A stretch of DNA of 31,324 nucleotides from the NCBI GenBank assembly GCA_964589795.1, contig CAZPUW010000001.1:1-31324 (forward strand), written 5' to 3'. This document shows, in pieces, positions 7,223 to 15,938 of the stretch. The notes under the pieces are model-generated. The model searched no databases, had not been told where the DNA came from, and saw nothing but the letters and a program-made list of their open reading frames with translations. Every line of letters begins with the position of its first letter. The stretch's first letter is position 1. This stretch comes from an uncultured bacterium (lineage in GTDB: Bacteria; Electryoneota; JAOADG01). The position numbers were made by a program, and so were the translations under genes.

Positions 7223-8115
7223 AGTATAATTATTTCCCCGGTTGCTCGTTGAAGGGCTCGGGACGTGTATATGAGGAATCCGTATTGGCTGTATTCGATG
7301 CTTTGAATACGCCGTTGCACGAACTCGATAATTGGAATTGCTGCGGCGCTACTGCGTATATGTCCGTGGATGAATCGCGCGCATTTGCCCTTGCCGCTCG
7401 TAATCTTGCACTTTGCGAAGAACAAAATCAGGATACAACCCAGCCACCACAATTAGTCGCGCCTTGTAATGCTTGTTATCTCGTTTTAAAGAAAACCCAG
7501 CATTGGATGGCCGAATACGCCGAAATCAACCAGAAAATCAACGGTGCACTTAATGCCGCCGAGATGAATTACAACGGCACCGTTCAGGTCCGCCACCCGC
7601 TTGATGTACTGGTAAACGATATCGGGTTGGATGCGATTAAGAACCGGATAAAAAAACCGTTGAGCGGACTAAAAGTAGCTTGTTACTACGGATGTCAGAT
7701 TGTGCGTCCCTATGCCGAATTTGACGATCAGCGCAATCCGCAGACTATGGATAAACTGATGCAGGCACTCGGTGCGGAAACTATCGACTGGGAGCTCAAA
7801 GCCCGTTGTTGTGGTGGTTCGCTAACCGGCACCATCCGCGAAGTCGGAATGCGGTTGAGTTACATCTTATTGCGCGAAGCGAAGTTACAAGGTGCCGATA
7901 TCATCGTTACCGCCTGCCCATTATGCCAGTTCAATCTTGAATGTTTCCAAGGTGTGATGAGCAAGGAATTTGAAGAAAACGTCGACATGGAAGTCGCATA
8001 CTTCACGCAAGTACTTGGACATGCCCTCGGTCTTTCCGATAAAGCATTGGGAATGCAACGGATGTTTATGCCGCTGAAATCGTTGTCCAATCTATCTGCG
8101 CGAGTGGAGGCATGA
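7219..8115 (+). CDS. hdrB: heterodisulfide reductase subunit B (two CCG domains)
   Basis: YFPGC(9)...NCC(41,42)G...PCNAC(83,86) and YYGC...RCCGG...TACPLCQFNL; ATGA overlap with hdrC. Confidence 0.93.
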   Translation: MKYNYFPGCSLKGSGRVYEESVLAVFDALNTPLHELDNWNCCGATAYMSVDESRAFALAARNLALCEEQNQDTTQPPQLVAPCNACYLVLKKTQHWMAEYAEINQKINGALNAAEMNYNGTVQVRHPLDVLVNDIGLDAIKNRIKKPLSGLKVACYYGCQIVRPYAEFDDQRNPQTMDKLMQALGAETIDWELKARCCGGSLTGTIREVGMRLSYILLREAKLQGADIIVTACPLCQFNLECFQGVMSKEFEENVDMEVAYFTQVLGHALGLSDKALGMQRMFMPLKSLSNLSARVEA

Positions 8116-10127
8116 CACAAATGTTACATAAGAACGGGCACCACGCTGAAGAAATAAAAATCGGCGTTTATGTTTGCCATTGCGGTATCAACATTGCCTC
8201 GAAAGTAAATGTCAAAGAGGTAATCGAGTTCGCACAAACATTGCCTCACGTCGCAATTGCGACCGAATACAAATTCATGTGCTCCGATCCGGGGCAGGAT
8301 TTAATTCAGCAGGATTTAAAATCTGGTAAAATCAATCGTGTTGTCGTCGCTTCTTGTTCACCGTTGATGCACGAAGCAACTTTCCAACGCGCCACTGCAG
8401 CGGGCGATGCCAATCCCTACTATTTCCAGATGGCAAACATCCGCGAACACGTAAGTTGGGTGACTGCCGATAAAATTGGTGCTACAATCAAAGCGAAAGA
8501 GTTGGTCGCTGGTGCAATACGCAGAGTCGCTTATGCGATGCCGTTAGAAAAAGCCCATGTTCCCGTTAACCCGAACGTAATGGTAGTGGGTGGTGGTATC
8601 GCAGGGATTCATGCTGCGTTAAAACTTGCCGACGCCGGAAAAAAAGTCTATTTAATCGAACGCGAACCTACCATCGGTGGCTATATGGCGAAGTTCGACA
8701 AAACCTTTCCAACTCTCGATTGTGCCGCTTGTATTCTTACCCCGAAAATGTCGCAAGTCCGATCCCACAAGAACATCACCTTGTGGTCTTACTCGGAAGT
8801 AGCATCGGTTGCTGGATTTGTTGGTAATTTCACCGTAAAAGTGCGTCGTAAACCACGATATATCATCGAAGAATTGTGCGTCGGATGCAACGAATGCGTC
8901 GATAAATGCACATTTAAAAAGCCGACGTTTCCCGATGAATTCAATATGGGGCTTAGCAAACGCAAACCGGTATATATGCCGTTTCCGCAAGCGACTCCAC
9001 CGGTAGTGCTCATCGACCCCAACACTTGTAGTTTTCTCCTCCGTGGCAAATGCAAGAAACCGTGCGTCGATGCTTGCGAGCGAAACGCCATCGACTTTGA
9101 CCAAAAAGAGAAAATCGAAGAAGTAGAAGTCGGTTCGATTATCCTTGCAACCGGATTTAAAACTTTTGATGCCGGTCGAATGCAACAATACGGCTACGGT
9201 AAATTCGACAACGTATTCACCAGTATCGAAGTGGAACGCTTGGTAAATGCATCGGGACCGACCGGCGGCGAAGTGACGTTGCGCGATGGAGAAACCAAAC
9301 CGAAATCGGTTGGTATCATACATTGTGTTGGTAGCCGTGACGCGAAAACGAATAAATACTGTTCTCGTGTCTGCTGCATGTATTCTCTGAAACTGGCACA
9401 CCTCATAAAAGAACGTACGGGTGCTGAAGTGTACAACTTCTACATCGACATGCGAACACCGGGTAAAGGATACGAAGAATTTTACGATAAGCTTCTCAAT
9501 GAAGGTGTCCATTTCATACGCGGACGTGTCGCGGAAGTGTCCGGTTGGGCGGCTACCCCGGAAGAAACCGGCAAACTGATTTTACGTGCGGAAGATACCC
9601 TGCTTGGCGTCGTACGCCGCATACCGGTTGATATGGTTGTTCTTTCTGTCGGCATGGAAGCGCAAGCAGATGCTGATGATGTTCGCCGCAAATTCAATAT
9701 TAGTTGCAGTTCAGAGGGCTGGTTCCTCGAGCGCCACCCGAAACTTGCACCGGTATCAACGTTTACTGACGGTGTCTTTCTTGCCGGTGCCTGCCAAGGG
9801 CCGAAGGATATCCCCGATACCGTCGCCCAAGCTGGTGCGGCGGCGGCAGAAGCCCTTGCGCTTATCGACGCCGGTTTTGTCGAACTTGAACCGAACACTG
9901 CATTCGTCGATGAAGAAGTTTGTTCCGGTTGTCGGATGTGCGTCGCACTCTGTCCGTATTCTGCAATTTCTTTCAATCACGAAACCAATACATCGCAAGT
10001 CAATGGTGCTCTGTGTAAAGGGTGCGGTACTTGCGTAGCGAGCTGTCCATCGGCGGCATTGCAACAACACCTCTTCATGGACGAGCAAATCTTCGAGGAA
10101 ATCGAAGGAGTGATGGATTATGTCTGA
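8112..10127 (+). CDS. hdrA: heterodisulfide reductase subunit A (FAD, Fe-S; flavin-bifurcating subunit family)
   Basis: IGVYVCHCGINIA, ASCSP, VVGGGIAG (FAD), DKTFPTLDCAACIL, HCVGSRD, YCSRVCCMYSLK, FLAGACQGPKDIP, and C-terminal CSGCRMCVALCP / CKGCGTCVASCP. Confidence 0.95.
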   Translation: MTQMLHKNGHHAEEIKIGVYVCHCGINIASKVNVKEVIEFAQTLPHVAIATEYKFMCSDPGQDLIQQDLKSGKINRVVVASCSPLMHEATFQRATAAGDANPYYFQMANIREHVSWVTADKIGATIKAKELVAGAIRRVAYAMPLEKAHVPVNPNVMVVGGGIAGIHAALKLADAGKKVYLIEREPTIGGYMAKFDKTFPTLDCAACILTPKMSQVRSHKNITLWSYSEVASVAGFVGNFTVKVRRKPRYIIEELCVGCNECVDKCTFKKPTFPDEFNMGLSKRKPVYMPFPQATPPVVLIDPNTCSFLLRGKCKKPCVDACERNAIDFDQKEKIEEVEVGSIILATGFKTFDAGRMQQYGYGKFDNVFTSIEVERLVNASGPTGGEVTLRDGETKPKSVGIIHCVGSRDAKTNKYCSRVCCMYSLKLAHLIKERTGAEVYNFYIDMRTPGKGYEEFYDKLLNEGVHFIRGRVAEVSGWAATPEETGKLILRAEDTLLGVVRRIPVDMVVLSVGMEAQADADDVRRKFNISCSSEGWFLERHPKLAPVSTFTDGVFLAGACQGPKDIPDTVAQAGAAAAEALALIDAGFVELEPNTAFVDEEVCSGCRMCVALCPYSAISFNHETNTSQVNGALCKGCGTCVASCPSAALQQHLFMDEQIFEEIEGVMDYV

Positions 10128-10629
10128 TACAACTAAAGTCGAACCGTATGGCAAAGACGGTCGGTTCGAACCCCGCATTGTTGCGTTCTTTTGCAACTGG
10201 TGTACATACACGGCGTCTGACCTTGCCGGTACGGCACGTATGACCTACGCGCCAAATGCATGTGTCATCCGAATTATGTGTTCAGGTCGTCTCGACCCGC
10301 AATTTATTCTCTCTGCATTTCGTCAGGGAGCCGATGGTGTATTAATCGGTGGATGCCATCCCGGAGACTGTCACTATCAGGAAGGAAATTACAAAGCCCT
10401 TCGCCGGTTCAAACTTCTCAAACATTTGGTAAAGCAGTTCGGAATTGAAGAAGAGCGGATGCGCCTTGAATGGATTTCAGCGTCAGAAGGTGACCGCGTG
10501 CAAAAGGTTATGAACGAGATGACGGAACAACTCAGAAAACTGGGCCCGTTGAACCTCGAACCGTTGCAACTCCAAGAGAAAATTCATGACGCTGCTCCTG
10601 TCAAACCAAAAAAGGAGGCAGTCGCATGA
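10120..10629 (+). CDS. mvhD: methyl-viologen-reducing hydrogenase delta subunit ([2Fe-2S] adaptor)
   Basis: FFCNWCTYTASDLAG, IRIMCSGRLDP, GADGVLIGGCHPGDCHYQEGN, RLEWISASEG; overlaps hdrA by 8 nt. Confidence 0.93.
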   Translation: MSDTTKVEPYGKDGRFEPRIVAFFCNWCTYTASDLAGTARMTYAPNACVIRIMCSGRLDPQFILSAFRQGADGVLIGGCHPGDCHYQEGNYKALRRFKLLKHLVKQFGIEEERMRLEWISASEGDRVQKVMNEMTEQLRKLGPLNLEPLQLQEKIHDAAPVKPKKEAVA

Positions 10630-11615
10630 GTAAGCCCAAAGTTGGATTTTATTGGTGTGCCGCTTGCGGTGGCTGCGAAGAAGCAATCGTCGATTTGAAT
10701 GAAGGTGTCCTCGATGTAATCCAAATCGTCGATATCGCGTTCTGGCCATGTGCCATGGATTTCAAAAAAGAAGATGTCGTTGCGATGAAGGACGGCGAAT
10801 TGGCAGTATGCTTTATAAATGGCGCCATTCGCAGTTCCGAGCAACTTGAAATGGCGGAATTGTTACGGCGAAAATCACAAATGGTTATCGCATTCGGCAG
10901 TTGTTCGCATCAGGGTGGTATCCCGGGTCTTGCAAATCTGTATCCAAAACAAGCGACATTGGATGCGGCATATAGCAATGTCTTTTCAACGGTAAACCCC
11001 GAACATACTTACCCTCAGACGGTATCGAAAGTACCTGAAGGAGAGGCAACCCTTCCCGAACTGTTCGCAGTAACAAAAACCCTTGATCAGTGTATCGATG
11101 TCGATTATTACCTCCCCGGTTGTCCCCCTCCCGGAAAATTGGTCTTAGCCGCACTCACCGCAATCTTCGAGAACAAGCTTCCCGAAAAAGGTACAGTGCT
11201 CGCTCCCGATCAAACCCAATGCGACGAATGCCCACGTAAAGCAACTAAACCGGATAAAATCGAGTTAGAACGATTCTATCGTCCCTCTGAAATCATCGTC
11301 GATTCTGAAAAATGCTTGCTCTCACAAGGTCTCTTATGTATGGGTCCGACGACACGGCTCGGTTGTGATTCGGCGTGTATAAACGGCAATATGCCATGCA
11401 CCGGTTGTCTCGGCCCGATCAGCCGCATCCGCGATTTCGGAGCGAAAGCGCTTTCTGCGACGGCAACCGCGTTGAGTGCAAACGAAGACGAACAAATCGA
11501 AAAATTGATTAGAATGGTCGTCGATCCTGCTGGTACATTTTATCGCTATTCCCTTGCAGCATCATTCTTACATGCACTGCCACAGAACAATGGAAAAGCA
11601 GAGGTTTCGAAATGA
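10626..11615 (+). CDS. mvhG: group 3c [NiFe]-hydrogenase small subunit
   Basis: WCAACGGCE, FGSCSHQGGIPG, YLPGCPP, QCDECPR, CLLSQGLLCMGPTTRLGC...C...PCTGCLGP; no Tat signal. Confidence 0.9.
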   Translation: MSKPKVGFYWCAACGGCEEAIVDLNEGVLDVIQIVDIAFWPCAMDFKKEDVVAMKDGELAVCFINGAIRSSEQLEMAELLRRKSQMVIAFGSCSHQGGIPGLANLYPKQATLDAAYSNVFSTVNPEHTYPQTVSKVPEGEATLPELFAVTKTLDQCIDVDYYLPGCPPPGKLVLAALTAIFENKLPEKGTVLAPDQTQCDECPRKATKPDKIELERFYRPSEIIVDSEKCLLSQGLLCMGPTTRLGCDSACINGNMPCTGCLGPISRIRDFGAKALSATATALSANEDEQIEKLIRMVVDPAGTFYRYSLAASFLHALPQNNGKAEVSK

Positions 11616-13081
11616 GCTCGAAAATAACCATCGACCCCATCACCCGACTTGAAGGACATGGGAAAATCGATATCTTCCTCGATGATTCAGGGAACGTTGA
11701 ACACGCATATCTGCAAGTCCCGGAACTACGCGGCTTCGAACAATTTGCCGTAGGACGTCCCGCCGAAGATATGCCGCAAATTACTTCCCGTATCTGCGGT
11801 GTCTGCCCGACTGCACACCACATGGCTTCCACCAAAGCACTCGATGATTTATACAAAGTGGATGCACCATCGGCGGCGAAGAAATTACGGGAACTGATTT
11901 ACAGTATTTTTTACGTCGAAGATCATGCTCTCCACTTCTATTTCCTTGGCGGTCCCGATTTTATCGTTGGTCCGACTGCCCCGCGCGGTGAGCGCAACAT
12001 CGTGGGTGTTATTGGCAAAGTTGGCTTGGAAATCGGTAAGGAAGTTATCGGTCTGCGCAAAGAAATGCGCTCGTTGATTTCGCTCTTAGGTGGAAAAGTT
12101 ATCCATCCTGTATTTGGTTTACCCGGTGGCGTCGCGAAGCGCATGACTGCTGATGAACAAACCAAATATATCGCCGGTGCGAAACATGCAATAGAATTCG
12201 CCAATTTCAGTTTGAAGGCATTCAACGACATCGTCCTGAAAAATTCCGGTTATGTCGATTTGATTTTATCCGATGCCTATACTCATCGCACTTATTATAT
12301 GGGAATGGTCGATGAGAAGAACAAAGTAAACTTTTACGACGGTAAGCTTCGGGTCGTCACGCCCGAAGGAAAAGAGTTTGCTAAGTTTGACCCGAAAGAA
12401 TATCGAGATAACATCGTAGAACGGGTTGAACCGTGGAGCTACATGAAATTCAACTACCTGAAAAAGGTCGGTTGGAAGGGGTTCACGGACGGTGCCGACA
12501 GCGGCATCTTCGCGGTAGCGCCGTTAGCGAGATTGAATGCATCTGAGGGTTTTTCCACTCCGCTGGCACAGGCCGCGTATGAACACTTTTATCAAACCCT
12601 CGGTGGACGTCCCGTTCATCAAACGCTGGCGAATCATTGGGCGCGTCTCATCGAGCTGCTCTATGCCGCCGAGCGGATGCAGGAACTTGCGAATGACCCC
12701 GAAATCATTTCCGAAAACGTTCGCAAATTACCGAACCAAATCCCATCCGAAGGTATAGGTTGTGTTGAGGCCCCTCGTGGTACGCTTTTCCACCACTATA
12801 AATCTGACGAACGTGGAGTATTAACTTCCGCGAATATGATAGTAGCAACCCAAAATAATTCTGCGCGTATGACGATGTCGGTGGATAAAGCCGCCAAGGG
12901 GTTAATTAAAAATGGTAAGGCGGATGATGGAATTTTAAATCAAATAGAGATGGCATTTCGTGCCTACGACCCATGCCACGGCTGTGCCACGCACACGTTA
13001 CCGGGACAATTACCGCTGATACTCCGGATTTTTGATAATACCGGAACGCAACTGGAAGAAATCCGGCGTGACCTCGATTGA
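11612..13081 (+). CDS. mvhA: group 3c [NiFe]-hydrogenase large subunit with a 28-aa cleavable C-terminal extension
   Basis: IDPITRLEGHGKI; L1 motif SRICGVCPTAH (Cys codons 11795 and 11804); EAPRGTLFHHY; L2 motif RAYDPCHGCATH (12974-12994); followed by TLPGQ...RRDLD. Confidence 0.93.
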   Translation: MSSKITIDPITRLEGHGKIDIFLDDSGNVEHAYLQVPELRGFEQFAVGRPAEDMPQITSRICGVCPTAHHMASTKALDDLYKVDAPSAAKKLRELIYSIFYVEDHALHFYFLGGPDFIVGPTAPRGERNIVGVIGKVGLEIGKEVIGLRKEMRSLISLLGGKVIHPVFGLPGGVAKRMTADEQTKYIAGAKHAIEFANFSLKAFNDIVLKNSGYVDLILSDAYTHRTYYMGMVDEKNKVNFYDGKLRVVTPEGKEFAKFDPKEYRDNIVERVEPWSYMKFNYLKKVGWKGFTDGADSGIFAVAPLARLNASEGFSTPLAQAAYEHFYQTLGGRPVHQTLANHWARLIELLYAAERMQELANDPEIISENVRKLPNQIPSEGIGCVEAPRGTLFHHYKSDERGVLTSANMIVATQNNSARMTMSVDKAAKGLIKNGKADDGILNQIEMAFRAYDPCHGCATHTLPGQLPLILRIFDNTGTQLEEIRRDLD

Positions 13082-13099
13082 GAAATAATCGCACCACTT

Positions 13100-13186
13100 A
13101 ACCATTCAACAAGACACTACTACTGATTCAACAACAACTTTGTTACCTTCAATACACTACTTGCTAACCTTCAACGTATAATGAAT
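13100..13186 (+). repeat. four degenerate ~22-bp direct repeats with a TTCAA core
   Basis: TTCAA at 13105, 13127, 13148 and 13170 (spacing 22/21/22). Units: AACCATTCAACAAGACACTACT, ACTGATTCAACAACAACTTTG, TTACCTTCAATACACTACTTGC, TAACCTTCAACGTATAATGAAT. Confidence 0.55.
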
Positions 13187-13201
13187 TCCCCCCAATTCAT
13201 T
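13177..13201 (+). promoter_or_regulatory. putative internal promoter -10 (TATAAT) overlapped by an 8-bp inverted repeat
   Basis: TATAAT at 13177-13182; AATGAATT-CCCCCC-AATTCATT at 13180-13201; no consensus -35. Confidence 0.45.
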
Positions 13202-13209
13202 TACGTAGC

Positions 13210-13247
13210 ACAGGGACGCCGGATAGCAATATCCGGCGCATCCTTGT
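13210..13247 (+). other. stable GNRA-capped hairpin between mvhA and the protease gene (terminator, attenuator or mRNA-stabilising stem)
   Basis: Perfect 9-bp stem CGCCGGATA-GCAA-TATCCGGCG (13217-13238), extended by ACAGGGA/TCCTTGT with a CA bulge; no strong U-tract. Confidence 0.6.
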
Positions 13248-13269
13248 AAATTTATCCAAAGAAAATGAA

Positions 13270-13746
13270 ATGAAAATACTTGTTATCGGTCTGGGAAACG
13301 ATTTGCTCAGTGACGACGCAATCGGGTTGCTTGCGGTACGTGAATTGCTTGCCCATCCGATACCCGTTAATAACAAACATTCGATTGAATACGTCGAATG
13401 TTCTGAGCATGGTATTGCTTTACTCGATTATTTCCTCGGTTTCGATGCTGCGATTATCCTCGATGCAATAAAAACCGGTACCAACCCTCCCGGAACAATT
13501 TTTCACCTAACACCAGCGGACTTTAGTTCAATAGTCGCCCCCTCCCCGCACTACACCGGCTTACCGGAAATGATAGCTATCGCAAAGCAACTATCTCTCC
13601 CGTTTCCCCATGAACTTCACATCTTCGCTTGTGAAACCTTTGACACGACAACCCTCGGTGGTGAAATAACACGAGCACTCATGGAAGCGCTCCCCGCAAT
13701 GGTTAATCAGGCGTCGGAAACATTACACAACTTGTGTACGGTATAA
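13270..13746 (+). CDS. hydrogenase maturation endopeptidase (HyaD/HycI/HybD family, peptidase A31)
   Basis: MKILVIGLGNDLLSDDAIG, ILDAI and SPHYTGL carry the family metal-ligand pattern; adjacent to mvhA, which has a cleavable extension. Confidence 0.92.
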   Translation: MKILVIGLGNDLLSDDAIGLLAVRELLAHPIPVNNKHSIEYVECSEHGIALLDYFLGFDAAIILDAIKTGTNPPGTIFHLTPADFSSIVAPSPHYTGLPEMIAIAKQLSLPFPHELHIFACETFDTTTLGGEITRALMEALPAMVNQASETLHNLCTV

Positions 13747-13865
13747 TTTTCCCCAAGACCGTCAAGTATTGTCCAATCAATCGTTCTACTTTCCCATCCA
13801 CGCAAATTTCTAATACACATAAATCCGTGTATTTAGTTAAACTTAACTGTATCTCCAAATTTTAG

Positions 13866-13894
13866 TTGCACTTGTAGTCGTAATAATATATTAT
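13866..13894 (+). promoter_or_regulatory. sigma70-type promoter TTGCAC-N17-TATTAT for the ABC exporter operon
   Basis: TTGCAC 13866-13871, TATTAT 13889-13894, 17-bp spacer; 119 bp upstream of the TTG start. Confidence 0.5.
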
Positions 13895-14013
13895 CGCTCC
13901 TTACTTTTCAATTATGGAATGTCGGGTGACTATATTGCTTCGTCTTGGTAAAACGTATTAACTGACTTGAACATAACAGATTGATATCAGTAGAATAAAA
14001 AAGAGGAAAATCT

Positions 14014-15210
14014 TTGAGTACCGAACAAGCAGATCTCTCGTCTCTGAGGATCGAACGTCAACATAAGAATGAAGTAGAAACGACTACCCGAAAAGTGTCG
14101 TACCTGAAACCGGTAGGCATCGTTCTCTCGGTTATTGTCTTAATAATTATCGCTATCGCCGTAAAAAATACCGTGTTCTCGAAAACCATCGATGTGAAAC
14201 TGGTTACTGCGGAAATGCGGTCGCCGAGTGATAATCTTGCACTCCTTTCAGCAAGTGGTTACGTCGTGGCGCAACGAAAAGCCGCCGTTGCTTCCAAAGG
14301 AACTGGCTTGATGGTTTACCTTGCTGTCAAAGAGGGCGACAAAGTCAAAAAAGATCAAATCATCGCGAGGTTGCAGGACGATGATATTAAGGCCCAGTTA
14401 GAGGCCGCGAAAGCAACACTATCGCTCAACCAGTCGAATCTTAACGAAGTAAAAAACACGTATGAACGCCAGAAAAAGTTGTACGATTCTGGTTCTGCAA
14501 CGCAATCCGACTTAGAATCTGCCGAATCGAATTATAATAAAGCTGTTGCGTCTATCGATTTAGCGAAAGCCCAACTTACTTCGGCGCAAGTAGCTTTGGA
14601 AAACACCGTCATCCGCGCACCGTTCGACGGTACCGTATTAACCAAAGATGCCGACGTCGGTGAGATGGTTGCTCCTTTTGCTGCTGGCGCGAATGCCCGC
14701 GCCGCCGTTGTCTCGATTGCTGATCTTGGTTCGTTACAGGTGGAAACTGATGTCTCTGAAGCGAACATCGAGAAGATAACTTTAAACGAAGAATGCGAAA
14801 TTGAATTGGATGCATATCCCTCGCGCCGATATTCCGGCTTTGTTGCAAGCATCGTGCCGACCGCAGACCGGGCAAAGGGAACCGTTCTCGTCAAAGTCGG
14901 CTTTCAAAAATACGATGAGCGTGTTCTCCCCGAAATGAGTGCCAAAGTGCTATTCTTGAAACAGAAAGAGACTCAAACCGTGACAAATGAACCGCCGGTT
15001 TTAGTTCTTCCTGATGCATCTATAGCTAACCGTAATGGTAAATCGGTTGTATATATCATAACCGACAAAAAAGCCAAAGAAGTCGTAGTTACAACCGGAA
15101 TTAAATTTGACGGTTTCACCGAAATAAAAAGCGGCATTCATCAAGGTGATCGCGTTATCCAAAATTTCGACGAGAAAATAACCGACGGCGTAAAAGTCAA
15201 CACCGACTAA
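14014..15210 (+). CDS. periplasmic adaptor / membrane fusion protein (MacA/HlyD-like)
   Basis: TTG start with GAGG RBS; single N-terminal TM (VGIVLSVIVLIIIAIAV); ASGYVVA, lipoyl half-motifs (VKEGDKVKKDQIIARL; IRAPFDGTVL), alpha-helical hairpin, LPEMSAKV. Confidence 0.9.
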   Translation: MSTEQADLSSLRIERQHKNEVETTTRKVSYLKPVGIVLSVIVLIIIAIAVKNTVFSKTIDVKLVTAEMRSPSDNLALLSASGYVVAQRKAAVASKGTGLMVYLAVKEGDKVKKDQIIARLQDDDIKAQLEAAKATLSLNQSNLNEVKNTYERQKKLYDSGSATQSDLESAESNYNKAVASIDLAKAQLTSAQVALENTVIRAPFDGTVLTKDADVGEMVAPFAAGANARAAVVSIADLGSLQVETDVSEANIEKITLNEECEIELDAYPSRRYSGFVASIVPTADRAKGTVLVKVGFQKYDERVLPEMSAKVLFLKQKETQTVTNEPPVLVLPDASIANRNGKSVVYIITDKKAKEVVVTTGIKFDGFTEIKSGIHQGDRVIQNFDEKITDGVKVNTD

Positions 15211-15254
15211 TTAGAAGATAACTTTCAAATCGTACAAATGGTTGGGAGCAATCC

Positions 15255-15938
15255 ATGGCAGAACTAATCCAAATCAAAAACATCGCTAAATCATATTGGC
15301 GTGACGGTATGGAAATACCCGTACTCAATAATATTAATTTGAACGTCGACCGTGGCGAATACTTGGCGCTGATGGGCCCTTCCGGTTCCGGGAAATCTAC
15401 TTTGCTCAACCTCATCGCCGGAATCGACCGTCCCACCAAAGGCGCAGTCAGTGTCGATGGAACCGATATCGCCCAAATGAATGAATCGGCATTAGCGAAG
15501 TGGCGCGCAAACCATATCGGATTCATTTTCCAATTCTACAATCTCATTCCCGTACTCACAGCTTTTGAAAATGTTCAGCTACCGCTCCTCTTGACGAAAT
15601 TATCGAAAGCGGAACGCAAAAAACATGTTGAGACGGCGCTCACGATTGTCGGATTAGCCGACCGTATGAATCATTATCCAAAACAACTATCCGGCGGTCA
15701 GGAGCAACGTGTCGCTATCGCCCGCGCTATTGTTACCGACCCGTCGATACTGGTTGCTGACGAACCCACCGGCGATCTCGACAAACATTCAGCCGAAGAA
15801 ATCCTGACTCTTCTTAAGCGGTTGAATGAAGAATTCGACAAAACCATCATAATGGTGACGCATGATCCGCACGCCGCAGAAAGCGCAAAAGTGATTCGCC
15901 ATCTCGAGAAGGGGGATTTAATCGAGGTGTCGAAATGA
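15255..15938 (+). CDS. ABC transporter ATP-binding protein (LolD/MacB-NBD family)
   Basis: Walker [19 protein letters not shown], signature [14 protein letters not shown], Walker B/D-loop [12 protein letters not shown]-loop MVTHD. Confidence 0.95.
   Translation: MAELIQIKNIAKSYWRDGMEIPVLNNINLNVDRGEYLALMGPSGSGKSTLLNLIAGIDRPTKGAVSVDGTDIAQMNESALAKWRANHIGFIFQFYNLIPVLTAFENVQLPLLLTKLSKAERKKHVETALTIVGLADRMNHYPKQLSGGQEQRVAIARAIVTDPSILVADEPTGDLDKHSAEEILTLLKRLNEEFDKTIIMVTHDPHAAESAKVIRHLEKGDLIEVSK

Noticed and set aside
6578-8150. His-containing N-terminal extensions of HdrC (MHKMEWHGW) and HdrA (MLHKNGHH) as metal-binding tags
   Set aside because: Too short and within chance; start-codon uncertainty.
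8652-9512. 286-aa antisense ORF and other nested or antisense ORFs over hdr/mvh/ABC and the large genes
   Set aside because: Shadow frames of well-supported genes; no motifs, no independent RBS or promoter evidence.
6578-13081. Selenocysteine recoding in HdrA/MvhD/MvhA, or TGA read-through at the mvhA stop
   Set aside because: All positions that are Sec in some homologues are Cys codons here (ASCSP, GCHPGDC, DPCHGC) and the ORFs are uninterrupted. Read-through at 13079-13081 adds only 14 aa after the cleaved extension, and the hairpin is about 130 nt away, too far for a bacterial SECIS.
13100-13186. CRISPR array or plasmid iteron interpretation of the 22-bp repeats
   Set aside because: The repeats are degenerate and contiguous with no unique spacers, and there is no cas or rep gene nearby.
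13205-13247. REP element interpretation (GTAG followed by a GCCGGATA...TATCCGGC hairpin)
   Set aside because: Resembles enterobacterial REP cores, but it is a single copy in 31 kb with no RAYT/IS200 gene; a genome-wide copy count would be needed.
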